A stretch of 64,000 nucleotides of DNA from positions 930,001-994,000 of the forward strand of contig CM039008.1 in the NCBI GenBank assembly GCA_017499595.2, given 5' to 3'. The position numbers were made by a program, and so were the translations under genes. Shown here in pieces: positions 48,359 through 60,627 of this stretch; the stretch's first letter is position 1; each line of letters starts with the position of its first letter. This DNA is from Psilocybe cubensis (Eukaryota). The notes beneath the pieces were generated by a model, which saw only the letters and a list, made by a program, of their open reading frames with translations, ran no database searches and was not told where the DNA came from.

Positions 48359-51300
48359 TTACATCACAATACATCCCTGGTCTGGGTCGATGCCGAGCTC
48401 GCGCATCTCCTCTTCCGCCGCTTCCTTCTCGTTGTGATGCAGCTTGTCTCGCGCTTCAAGCGGGAACCAGTCTTGCATGAAGTTGAGGAGCGCCCAATCA
48501 ACGTTACCTGTACATTTTTAGAGGGGTTAGCACCATCATTTCCGTAAAAAAAAAGAAAACGACTGACGTCGATTCGCGCCTAGCACGACCCAGCGCCTGC
48601 AGCACGGACACTCGCCCTTGCCCCGCTTCTGCATCTTGACGAGGCAGCGCACACAGAACAGGTGGCCGCAGTCCAGCCGGATCGGTTTGAACGCGATGCT
48701 GGTGCAGATCAAACACGAGTAGTCTTCCAGCGAGGGGATGATCGGCAGGAGGGTCGTGCAGAGCGCCTGGACGAGCAGACGCGGGAAGGTGAACGGCGAG
48801 GACGCGTGTGCGGATAATGCGAGGGCTGTGGATGATGATGCGGGGAGGAGAGAGGATGAAGATAAGCCCGGGTAGAACAGCGCTGTCCGTTTGGTATGTT
48901 TTTTGAGGATCTTGCGCGTCGCCTCCGAATTGGCATGCGAGAACTAACAGCATAAAGCACTTAACACAGTCTCTTCCAGAAAGATGAATTTTACATTACA
49001 CACCTTTTTGACGTCGAGAATCATCAGATTCATGCGCAAAAACGTCTCGAGCGCCTCCCGGCTCGCTGGGAGCTTCAGCCGGCCAACCTCACCCATACCG
49101 CGCTGCGTCGCGCGCTCCGCGAACATCTGCAGCCGCCGCTCGCTCTCCTCCACGCTCCGCTCGCCGCGGTCCGCCTCTGCGACGGACTCAAACACCTCCG
49201 CCTCGACGTACATCTGGAAGATCTCGCGCCAGAAGTACAGGTCGCTCTTCAGATCCGCCTCCTTCGTCCGCACGCGAACGCCGCCCGCGTCCGAGGCCAG
49301 CGCGCTGCTCGGCCGGAAACGCGTAGAGGCCGACGCGGACGCGGGCGCGGCGGCGTCCGCGATGGTGCGCTGCAGCTCGGTGAGCGAGGCGCTGAATGAG
49401 GTGTGGATCGATGCGAGGTGTGTGGATATGTGCGTCAGCTTGGAGGAGAGCAGGGAGAAGAAGTGTGTGTCGTGCACGAGCGGGATGACGATTTCGCGCA
49501 TTTGGATGTGGGCGTCTGGGTGTGCGTGGTGTGTGTGGTGCGTGTCGGGGTCGTGGGGGTATCTGGAGGTTATGGGGGGTTGGAATAAGTGTATGTGTAT
49601 GTGTGTAGGGGCCAGCTAAAGACTTACTGCTCGCCCTCGTCGACCTCGACGATGCGTTCGCCGTCAAAGTGCCGCTGCTGGAACTGCCACAACAGCTCCG
49701 CATGCCTTCCATCGCCATCATCGTAATGCACTCCGTCCTCCAGCTCCTCGAGACCTTCTACATGGTCCCCCTGCCCATACGTCTCCTTCCCGCCACTCTC
49801 TTTCGCATTTTCCGGAGACGCAACCGCCTCGTCACCGCCCTCCTTGCTATCCACCGCGGCTGGCCCCGTCTCCTCAACCTGCCCTAACGCAGACGTTGAC
49901 GACGATGCGGAAGGCGACAAATGGCCTATAGGCGTTGTCGCACCACTTGCGCTCTCACTCCCACTCCCGTGCCCATCTTCGCTGATACCGCCTACCTTGG
50001 GTTTCACCCATATCCATATCCGCAGTTGAGGCTCGATCTTGCCCGACGCTGCGTTCAATTCGTACACCACGCGTGGGTGTGGGTGCGCATGTGGATGTGG
50101 GTGTGGATGCGATTGGTTAGAATGTGGATGTGGATGTGGTGTGCTAGAGCTGGAATACTGCGTATCACCTGACAACGGCGCTGCGAAAGAGGAGAACACA
50201 GACGACGAAGCCGTAGACGAGGAAGAAAGCGAAGCGTTGAGTGAGGATGGGTAGGATGGGAATGATGCCGATAAAAGCGAGGTTGTATCATGTCCGTGTC
50301 CGTGTTCGTGTTCGTGGTCCTCGTCGACGTCGCCGTCGTGTGCCTTTTCTTTCCCTTTGTCGTCGCCGTCGCTTTTGCGCGGGACGAGTATGGGAATGGG
50401 TATAGATGTTGAAGGCTGTGGTACTGTCAATGACGCCGATGCCACCGTAGCAGATTCAGCAGGAGAGGATTCGTTAGTGGGCGTTTTTGATCCCGAGGGT
50501 CCAGCAGAATGCGATGATTCCTCGGTCGGTGAATGTGGAGGGGAGGACCCCTCGGTCGTTGGAGGGTGCGGAACTTCAGCAACAGCACCAGCAGCAGCAG
50601 GCGGTGTAACAGGCGGAGGAGACCCGGGCACCATCAGTTCGTGCAGTACCGCGGGCTGCAGTCCAAGCTCTGAGAGCTCGGAGACGATCTGGTTGATTAT
50701 TTTTTTGAGCTGTTGGTCGTTTGCAATTTGTGTTTCGAGAGTTGAGTTGAATTAAGTTGGTGAGTGGATGCGTGATGGTGAAAGCGAGTGATGAGAATCG
50801 AAGAAGGGTGTGTGGGGCAAATAGGATGCGGAGGAGTGAATGATAAATGGAAGGTTGAGGTTAGCTATTCATCCTTTTTGATTCAAGAAAGACAAGATGG
50901 AAGGTGGAAGAAACATAAAATGAAAATCACGAAAGCAAGATAGAAAGGCAATTAACACGGAAAAGCGAGTGCGCTGAAGGAAGATGGAAGAAAAAAAATT
51001 AGATCCAGTCCCAGATGAAGACGCTGATCAAGGAAGTTTCAACATTGGAAGTATTAAGTCGGAACGGCTCGCAGATGTATACATGTGTGCAGGCTCGCAC
51101 ATACATCTGCAAGACGTCAAGACTATCCGTATGCCACTCCTCCAGCGTCTGGCCTGCCTGACTGGACCTGGGCTGAAGCGGTTTGATCTGGATAAAAAGA
51201 GTATGGCCGAAAAGCATATACATTTTGAAGTCCCATCGATTCAGCTTGTCTGAGCAGACACGCAGTTTTCCGGCATACTGATACCCATATTTCAAGAAAG

Positions 51301-51473
51301 AAACTGAATCCTCGCCCATTCTCTCGTAGCACACGCAAAATACAGGAAAACGAGGAAATTGAAGAAAAAAATTAAACAAGCAAAGAGCTCACCTGCCGGT
51401 ACTCGATTGCGTTGTCGCGCATCTCCGGGGGGAGACTCTGCAGAAGCTGCGTATACGTTTTGGAGAAATGCAT
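48359..51473 (-). CDS. SPX-domain + C3HC4 RING E3 ligase-like protein with C-terminal CaaX (CIVM)
   Basis: SPX N-terminus MHFSKTY...IEYRQ|LKKIINQIVSEL; SPX Lys cluster NSEATRKILKKHTKRT; RING CLICTSIAFKPIRLDCGHLFCVRC...CPCCR; C-terminus ...GIDPDQGCIVM*. Confidence 0.88.
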
Positions 51474-53080
51474 CGTTTACCGTCAGATTTCTGGTTGCGG
51501 TATGCGGTATGCGCAATTCGTATCGTCAGCTGTGCGCGTGCGTGCGTGCGTGCGTGGGCAATGGAATGGGTTCAGTTCAATCGGCGGTACTGCACTGCAG
51601 TGGGCAGAGAGGGCTGTTAATATCGATAATGGACGTTGAGATTTCGGGATCGAATCGTGAAAAACCGTATCGCGTGTATTGTCGTATCGAGGTCGTGTCT
51701 TGTCCGGAAGCTTGTAGAATTTAGATACTCCGAGATTAATTATGAGATAATATTAAAGAATCGTCTGGCGTGTCCGGGTCTTTATTGGTCAGGCGTGGTA
51801 GTGGTACTTGTAATTATTGCACACTGCGTAAAGTCGTAGGTGTGAAAGACCGGATCGGTGCGTGTGCGGTGTATGGTTTGGTTATAGGTGATTATCGGTC
51901 GACGGTTCGGCCGCCTTGTCAGCTTTCAGGAGAAGCAGTGGAAGCAAGGTCAAGTGAAGAAGAAGAAGAGGTGGGGGAGGAGAAGATTATAGATCCAGAT
52001 TCTACTGGTAGAGTGCGCCTTGGACTGAAAATCGGTGGTACACCCGCTTGACGGTGGTGCACCGGCGCCGTCGACATATAAGTGTTTTAAGCTCACTTTT
52101 CGTCCTCCTTGTTAATGGGCCAGGGACCAGAAGACCGATGCAGGCGGGGTGAGGGTGCCTGGTAGTAGGATTAGAATTAGTAGATGCAAGTATGGAAAAG
52201 TATAAGTATAGTTGCAGGTGCGTAATCGTATGACTGGCTCACTTGTGGATGCCCAAGTTGTTCCTGATACACCGCCTTATATACCGAAAAGCTTTTACAC
52301 AGATCGACTCGAGACGGGCGGGCGGTATACAGTTTATTGTACTGTACAAGATAGAAAGCGTAATGAGCACAAATGAGCCTTGGCTAGATGGACTTGGGTG
52401 AGGACAAGATCGGACAAGACTTTTTTCGTCAGGCGGATCATCAGCCCTTCAATAATGCTGACTAATAACACTAATATCCTCAACACTGCTGCATCTCCAG
52501 AGTCTTTCTAGTACGCCCTGGTACATCTCATGACCACCGATACATACATGTAGCCTGGTCACCAGAGCGACTGTAGACTAAACTCGAACACATGCGCAAA
52601 ACGTCGGGAGCAAGTCAAACTCAAGCCACTCAAAATCAAGTATTTGTTCAAGCTGAACGAACGAACGTTCCTCGATCGCATCTCCTGAGCGCTAAGCTAA
52701 ACACAAACGTGAAGAGCATTATCACCACCTCATCTCACATTTTACAGGCAGAGACACAAGCGAGTGTAAGTAAGTATATGATGTTTAAAAAACGGTATAC
52801 GGTAGGTATATATAGATCAAAGCACTCGTCGTCGTCGTCAGCGTCGTCAACAGCGAACTAACCAAAGCATCCGGATTATTTTATAAGCTAGCAGGTATTA
52901 ACAGCGTCCAAGAAACGTCCCCTTCTCCCCTCTTTCTATTATTTTTGGGTGGTAGCGGCCGGCTATCTATCTTGTCGTGCTAGTCAGCCGCCACAGAGAT
53001 GCAGCGAGTCGTTTACTCGACGAGGCTGGCAGTGTCAATTTGCGTGAGCAAGCAAGTAGGTATACGGAGGAAAGGAGATC

Positions 53081-55122
53081 TTACAGAGGCTCCTTGTCGA
53101 GCTTGACGTGGATCGAGTGGTGGTTGGGCACACCCTCGATACGGTGGTACGCGTTCAAGTTCTTGTGCATCGTGATCTGGAACACAGACGAGCTTCCCTG
53201 ACTATAAAGTCAAAACAAGACATGAAAACCCAGTCAGTTCAGTCCTGTACCCAATATCCATCCACCAAAATTGGTGGCGAGGGAAGAAAAAACGCACCGA
53301 GCGACGATGACACTGTACGCCAAGAAGAAGACCCAGATCCTGTACCATCGCTCACCGTACTTCTCGACGACCTTGTCCTTGTTCGCCAGCCAGTTCTTGT
53401 ACCATCGGTCAATGGTAGCCGAGTAATGCACGCCGAGCACATCAATGTTTTTGATTTCGAAGCCAGCGGATTCGAGCTGGAAGACAATAGGTTAATTTAG
53501 TTGCATCATATTTCAAAGAGAGGGAGATGGACCTTGGTGATAACCCATCCGAGAGAGCACGACGCGTCCGCACCAGGGAAGATGTACTTGTTCATGAAGA
53601 GACCCCTGATGAAGAAACATCAGTAATCGTACTCTGATTGGCATCTCAAAACGGCACGTACCAAACCAGATCCTCGAATTGCCAGCTGGGGCGCAGACCT
53701 GCGACCTGGAACACGAAAACACCATCATCCTCGAGGAGGTCGTACACTTCGGAAAGGAACTGGGAGTATCTGCGGACACCGACGTGCTGTAAAGATATTT
53801 ATTAAAAATGAAGGATGTATTGAGGACAATGCAGCACACCTCAGCCATTTCGAGAGAGACGATTTTGTCATACTTGGTGCCGGTGGGGATCTCACGGTAG
53901 TCGCAGCACAAGATGCGGGCCTTGTCAGCGGGGACCTGGCATAGTCACGTAAATACGGGATGGTCTAGGTGTACAGAATGAACGCAACGTACGCCGTTCT
54001 TCGCAATGCGTTCAGTACCGAACTTGGCCTGTTTCTGGGCGAGTGTTACACCAGTAGCGTCGCAGCCAAAGTTCTTTGCAGCGTAGGTGACCAGGGTACC
54101 CCATCCACAGCCAATATCAAGGAGCCTTGGGGTGAAGTTTTGTCAGCTTTCTATGAAGAAGGGGAAAGAAGGGAAGGAAGTGTACTTGTCAGTGGGCTGG
54201 AGGTTGAGCTTGTTGCAGACGATGGCGAGTTTGTTGTCCTGGAGCTCCTCGAGGGTCTCTTCCTTGTTGATGTCGAGGACGACGCCGGAGGTGTAGATCA
54301 TACGGGGGCCAAGGAACCTTTGCAGAAAAGACACGTCAACACGCGTTTTTGCACTCTAACGAAGACACACTCACCATTCATAAAAGTCATCGCCACCTGT
54401 TAAAAGAAAAGTAGCCATGGTTAGAGAATACAGGGGAGACGAAAAGGGGCTGCTTACGATCGTAGTTGCCACGAATCTGCTCCTCGTCCTGGCTCTGGGA
54501 GTGAACGATGACCTCAGGAATGAAGACGGTGAACACGTATTTGAAGAGCTCAAAGGTAAAGTTCATCTTGGCCCAGTCATGGCGCTGCTCCAGGATGTCC
54601 AACACGTCGCCTAGAAGTGGAAAACACGACCACGGTCAGCACAGCGTCACCGGAGGGTACTCAGGGGGTCCAAAAATATGACAGCTCAGCACCCCGAAAA
54701 TCAGACGCGAACGCACCCTTGAAGTCAATTTTGCCGTCGAAGTACGCGTCGTGGAAGACCTGCATGGGGATCTTCTCCTTGCCCTTGTACAGCTTCTTGA
54801 GGTCCTCGTCCTTGATGTCGATGTATTCCTCGATGTCCTTGCCAGGCAGGGTGACCTTTTCGTTCCTCCGCGCACCATAGATACTGATGAAGGACCAGTA
54901 TCCGACAGCGGTAGGCGCGCCCATGAGGACGAACATGAAGAGGTACGTCTTGAAGCCGCCATATTTGACGATGGGAAGGAAAGACTTGACGACGTATGGA
55001 ACGACGACGAGGAGAGCGGCGAGGTGGTAGTTGTTAAAGGCACCATTGCCCTCTGCGAGCCCAACCAAGGGCGCGTTCTTGATTGCGGGGTAGTTGGTCA
55101 CCCGCACTGCTGAGGAGGACAT
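53081..55122 (-). CDS. Sphingolipid C9-methyltransferase (cyclopropane-fatty-acyl-phospholipid synthase/CMAS family)
   Basis: N-terminal transmembrane segments; KIPMQVFHDAYFDGKIDF, HSQSQDEEQIRGNYDR, FLGPRMIYTSG, SAM motif LLDIGCGWGTL, SLEMAE|HVG, KYIFPGAD and GVHYSATIDRWYKNW. Confidence 0.88.
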
Positions 55123-55741
55123 GGTGTAGGTCGTAGTGTAGGGAAACCCAAATGACAGCGAATACTTTATAACTTTCTATCACGGCTTTGACCGTATTTG
55201 GTTCCAACGCCGCGCCGCGTTCAATTTCCACCCCTTTTCTCCCTTCAAAACCCCAAAATAAAAATCACATAATGCCACTAGTCGTGCTTCTACGCGTCCT
55301 GCACGTCTCCGTATATTTTTTTCGTCTTCTCGTTCGCTGGCACTGGCGGCCAGGGCCAAAGTCGGACGATGTGAGCTCGCCTGCCGTAACCAGTAACGCG
55401 CGTAACGCCCGCGTGTGACATGCCCGGGAGTTGCCGAGTGGAGGAGCTCTGCAGCGGTTGGGTGCACGCTCAACAACGACCGCCCGACAAAACTCATCAA
55501 GGTGAGCACTTTTGCTAGTCCCCAGTCCAGGAGAGTCCCCCCGTCGTCCTCCCAGCACACGTACCATCCCAATGATCCCATATATCACGAATTTCCGCGG
55601 CATTTCAGGGTGGATGTGCCAGGCTCATCGTGGATGACGCCGTAGGCTCGGAAGACCTCCTGGAACCTCTGCTCTTCGAAACTTTTGCATCGAACTTGTA
55701 GCTGACTGATTTGCTATCTCCGTCGCTCTTTGGTTTTACAG

Positions 55742-56391
55742 ATGGTGCGTTTGATTCAGTTTGATATATCTTGTCACTTTTGTCTAATATCTTGACATTG
55801 CGAGTTTAGAAGCTCGAGATCGACTCCTTCTCCGGGTACCGTATCTACCCCAGCAAGGGCAAGCTCTTTGTCCGTGGCGACAGCAAAGTGCGCATTCTCC
55901 GCCAATTCCACCCATGTACCCCGCATCCTAACCCCCCACGCAGGTCTTCCGCTTCGCCAGCTCCAAAAATGCCTCCCTCTTCCTGCAGCGCAAGAACCCC
56001 CGCAAGATCGCCTGGACGGTCGTCTACCGCCGCATGCACAAGAAGGGTATCACTGAGGAGGTCGCCAAGAAGCGCTCGCGCAAGACCGTGAAGCACCAGC
56101 GCGGCATCGTCGGCGCTGACCTCGCCACCATCGCCGCCCGCCGCAACCAGACCGCGGCCGTCCGCACCCAGCAGCGCCTTGCCGCCATCACCAAGGCCAA
56201 GTCGGAGAAGAAGGAGAAGGAGACCAAGAAGGCCAAGGTACGTCACTTCATTCGCACCATTCGATGCTGTTGTTTCTTACAATTTGTTGGTTTAGCCTGC
56301 TCGCCCAACAGGATCCACCGCCCCCAAGGTGTCGAAGCAGCAAATGAAGGGTGCTAAGCAGAACGTCAAGATGAAGTCTGGCCTTCAGTAG
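55742..56391 (+). CDS. RPL24: 60S ribosomal protein L24 (eL24)
   Basis: M|KLEIDSFSGYRIYPSKGKLFVRGDSK|VFRFASSKNASLFLQRKNPRKIAWTVVYRRMHKKGITEEVAKKRSRKTVKHQRGIVGA...; strongly biased codon usage. Confidence 0.97.
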
Positions 56392-57294
56392 ACGATCGGC
56401 TCATTTGCCATAGCTATAGCTACTCATTCCCCGCCGACCACCTACCTACCTATGCACGCGCACTGTCACCATACACACCTTTTTTTATGCCCATGTAGTA
56501 TGCACCAACTCTCGCGCCCGTCATGGTCCATTTGATTTCCTTTTGCTTTGATCGATCCCAGAGCTTTATGAGTCTTGTTGTCAGTTATCAAAAAAAATGA
56601 ACGGTCAATTCAAAAGTGTGTGTGTGTGTGTGTTGTGTACTGGATTTGTACTTTGATATTGCTTGACCTTGTGGTGCTGAGGTTTTCGAAATGCGGCGCT
56701 AGCGCTCCAGTCGAGCTTGGAGTGGTTTGTGTAATCTCTGTGTGTAATGGCAGTCGGTCATTGGTCTTCCGCTATGATAGCAAATTGCAAAACTCTAGGT
56801 GCATGTTGTTCTCAAAAAGTCCACCACGAGCTAATACATTGATATATCATTTATTTCTCATCATGGGAAATTTGGTATATTTGTGGTACTCTAGTTAGAG
56901 ACCTAGTCATGATACAGGCTTCTAAAACCAGACTCTTGTATTGAGAAGAGGAGTTATATATACGGGACGGTAATGACCAGAGCTGCCTCTAGTACAAACA
57001 AACAAGGACGGTCACGAGGGCTGGTCTGTTGGGCGCCTAATAGTAATTACTACTGCACTGCCATAGCTGCACCTTAATCTCCACCCACTTATTCTATAAT
57101 GGGACTTGTTTTATATTGCAGTAGTAGAGGAAAAAATATATTCAACTATGGACACTGGTATTAAATGGTAAGTGTTTGAAATCTATGGCTATTCTCCAAG
57201 TTCTAATCTTTTGCAATGTGCCTCCTAGTCATCATAAAAAGGGCCGGGAGATTTCAAAGCATTACAAACCCAATAAATTATTTTTTCTTCACAA

Positions 57295-58229
57295 TAAGCT
57301 TTATAACCCGTCGCTACGTGCCGTGGGGTTCGCTTTGCTTACCTACTTGCTTTGCTGACAGGCCAACAGCTCACGGGGGCTGCGCCCCTTGACCCCATCG
57401 GCGCTTTGCACCTCCTCATTGATACATTATTTCAATTTAATCTTTTTATCCCTTTGTATTCTTTTCCTGTAGTACCATACACAACCCGTCAGATAGGACT
57501 TGTGGAGTTTATAGATATTTTTACTAAATTTATAAACCCAGTACCCATTGGAATAGTCAGAAACCATGTGTAGCACATTGGATAACCCATCAAGTTGAAC
57601 ATTTCAGGAGGTATTCTGAGGCTTTTACAGACTTATATTCAATTGTCAATATTTTATTTTGTACACAAATGTACTTGATAGCAAATCATATCAACTTGAA
57701 AAGGCACACCTCAAAATTTTTGCCAAAGATTTATTTTCTTGAACCCATTCATCTCTGTGCTGTAGCATCTGGGAACCCATCAGGCTGAATCTTTCAGAAA
57801 CACAGAGATGCCCTTAGAATACCCAAAAAAATGCTCACACTTTCATTTTGTACACGGATATGCATTGCAAATACATTGTATCTAAAACAAACGAACCCGT
57901 TTACCTCAAGTTGTGATCATTCACACCACATTCACCTCCCGCATCTGACCATGTGCGGCATGCATATTTGTTTGGTTTAAACAAAAATACTGCACCTCCC
58001 ACATCTGACTCTGCACAGCATGCGCGTATTTGCTTGGTTTAAAGAAAAGTACTAATGCATTAAAAAAAATGAACCTGTTCCCCTCATTCACACCACGCGT
58101 GCCTCATCTGACCACGCGCGGTGTGTGCGTATTTGTTTGGTTGGCGGACTTGCTTGGTCCCGGGGACAGGAGAGACTTGCTTATGTAAAATTTAGGTAAG
58201 CAAGAGACCTTCCTCTCTTTCTATATAGA
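57295..58229 (-). mobile_element. Putative non-autonomous Helitron-like element (~935 bp)
   Basis: Minus strand begins A|TCTATATAGAAAGAGAGG (5'-TC after A). It ends with an imperfect GC-rich hairpin (plus strand 57307-57328) about 12 nt before CTTA|T (a CTRR variant). A second hairpin GGGGC-TGC-GCCCC lies at 57376-57388; internal tandem repeats are present. Confidence 0.55.
57918..58142. repeat. Three imperfect ~60-bp tandem repeats inside the Helitron-like element
   Basis: Recurring CACCTCCC.CATCTGAC....GC..ATGC..TATTTG.TTGGTTT units. Confidence 0.75.
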
Positions 58230-59031
58230 TTCTAGAGCCGGGTTATAATACTCTTGAAATCTTATAAAAAAACCAAAATCTTGCAATATCAATCAATTTT
58301 ATTGAGGTTTACAATCTCAACCAATGTTTGTATAAAATTACAAGACTCAAGTGCAATATATACCATTGCAAGAATTAATGGCATTGTAATGTCTTATACA
58401 TTAGCGGAAAACTTTTTTTGAGTAGCATACACCTATATTACAGTAGATACCATAGTACAAAGCACGAGAAGTATATGGATGAAATTCAAACAACTAATCA
58501 CAAACTTGGGCATCCGGCCACTTGAATACCCGGTTTGTACAACCAAATAGTAAATAGATGGAAATTTGAATATCAGCTTAATTGTTTTCACAGAATGGGT
58601 TTGCTTAATCCGTTAGCCATTATTCAACCTTCCGGATATGTAGGTATGTCTAACAATATTTTTATCTTAGTATAAGCTCTATACTCATTAAATATTTTTA
58701 GAAGAATTGTCAGACTCTTCTTCCTCTTATTCTCTTTCTCTTATGGCTAAGGTCCCTCCTACTACTATTTGCAAAAACTCAAACAATATTTGTCTTCAAA
58801 ATTATATGATTTTAATCCCCAAAGCAAAAACCTCCACTAGTCACGTTAACATTTACACCCCAATTTTGGCTTGTCCAGGCAAAAACTAGTGGCCTATAAA
58901 GGTCAAAATTCTTATTTTGTTTTCTTTTTATTGTGTTTTCATGCTCACATTATTATTTTAGGAATTCTCTCCACTGAGTCATAAACAAAATGTCAAGCAC
59001 ATTTTTAACTCTACAACATTGAGCCCTTATA

Positions 59032-60625
59032 CAGTGGGCAAAAAAACCGTTTGAGTGTTGGTCACGTATGAAGAGATTAATTTATAACTTTGAAATTAAA
59101 AATGTTAAAAATATGAGATTATTTACAGATATACTATATGGTGTTAGCTAAAGGATGACACACTGATCATGTGATTTGTCCAAGAATTGACCAAACAGCA
59201 GCATACACAATTTGCTAAGTCATTCAAACAGTTTTTTTGCTAGTAATTTAAATGCTATAAACTATGTATTATCACATGACTTTGTTGATATACCAAACAA
59301 CTATCAATAAAATCATGTGACTACATGTTGAATAGGTATATAATAGCTACAACCAACCTCTTTATCCCCCCAATCAAGCATGAAACCTCTCTCTAAAGCA
59401 ACCATTGCTACTATTGTCTCTCTTCTTACTTCTGGTCACTCCTATGCCTCTATCAAGGCCCAGACTGGAGCTAGTGCTGGTTCTATCACCAAGATTTGCC
59501 AAGACTACTGTCCTGAGGCAGTGGTTTCCCATGGAGGACGCCCAAAGAAGCTGACTGGTGCCAATATCACCTATACCAAGCGTAGAATTCAAACTAGACA
59601 AATCAAGAATGCTATGCAAGCTGCCAAGTCTCTGGCTACTATTAATGGCCAGAATATCAGTCCTCAAACAGTTAGGAATGCACTCAAATCAACTGGCATG
59701 GTCTCAGTGGCAAAACAAAAGAAGCCTTTGTTATCAAAAAAGCATAGGAGGGCTAGATTGGAGTTTGCAGAAAGGCACTTGGAGTGGACTGTGGATGACT
59801 GGACAAGGGTCTGGTGGTCAGATGAGACCAAAATCAACAGATTGGGTTCAGATGGCAGAGATCAGGTGTGGATAGACAAGGAAAACAGACAGGACCCCAG
59901 GAGGATCAAGCAAACTGTGAAGTTTGGAGGAGGAAACTTGATGATGTGGGGTTGTATGGGATGGGAAGGAATTGGATTTGCCACTAGAATTGATGGGAAG
60001 ATGGATTCTCAGTTATACACTGAGATCCTAGGTGATGAGCTCCTAAAATCCTTGGAGTGGTATGGTCAACAGATAGAAGATATCCACTTTCAGCAAGACA
60101 ATGACCCCAAGCACACCTCAAAATTGGCCAAGAAATGGTTTGAAGAGCAGAATTTTAGGGTCCTCATATGGCCTGCACAATCTCCAGATCTCAACCCCAT
60201 TGAACATCTATGGGAATACCTCAAAAGAAGACTTAATGAACATAAAGTCCCACCAAAGGGTATCTATGAACTTTGGGAGAGGGTTGAGAAGGAATGGAAT
60301 GGAATACCCAAGGAATTTGATTGCTAGCATGCCTAGAAGGTGTGCAGCAGTGATTAAGGCCAAGGGTGGACATACAAAGTACTAGTAGATATGATTTATT
60401 GATACTCAAGTGTTTAGCAAAAAAACTGTTCGAATGACTTAGCAAACTGTATATGCTCCTGTTTGGTCAATTCTTGGAAAAATCACATGATCAGTGTGCC
60501 ATCCTTTAGCTAATACCCTCTAGTATACCTGTGAATAATTTCATATTTTTAATATTTTTAATTTCAAAGTTATAAATTAATCTTTTCATATGTGACCAAC
60601 ACTCGAACAGTTTTTTTGCTCACTG
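59032..60625 (+). mobile_element. Tc1/mariner DNA transposon (DD34E), 1594 bp, ~211-bp TIRs, TA target-site duplication
   Basis: TA|CAGTG...CACTG|TA ends; 59032-59242 and 60415-60625 are long inverted repeats; internal transposase ORF. Confidence 0.97.
59380..60385 (+). pseudogene. Tc1-family transposase with C-terminal frameshift
   Basis: HTH region with GRPKKL; catalytic WSDETK, QQDNDPKH and SPDLNPIE (34-residue D-E spacing). The main frame stops at 60327, while the conserved tail LIASMPRRCAAVIKAKGGHTKY continues in another frame to 60385. Confidence 0.9.
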
Positions 60626-60627
60626 TA

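Noticed and set aside
55502..55741. Intronic snoRNA in the long RPL24 5'UTR intron (also considered for the MRF1 intron 44341-44576)
   Set aside because: No canonical RUGAUGA...CUGA pair with terminal stem and no clear H/ACA structure; would need an Infernal/Rfam scan.
57918..58142. CRISPR-like repeat array
   Set aside because: Eukaryotic context; imperfect tandem units without unique spacers and no cas genes.
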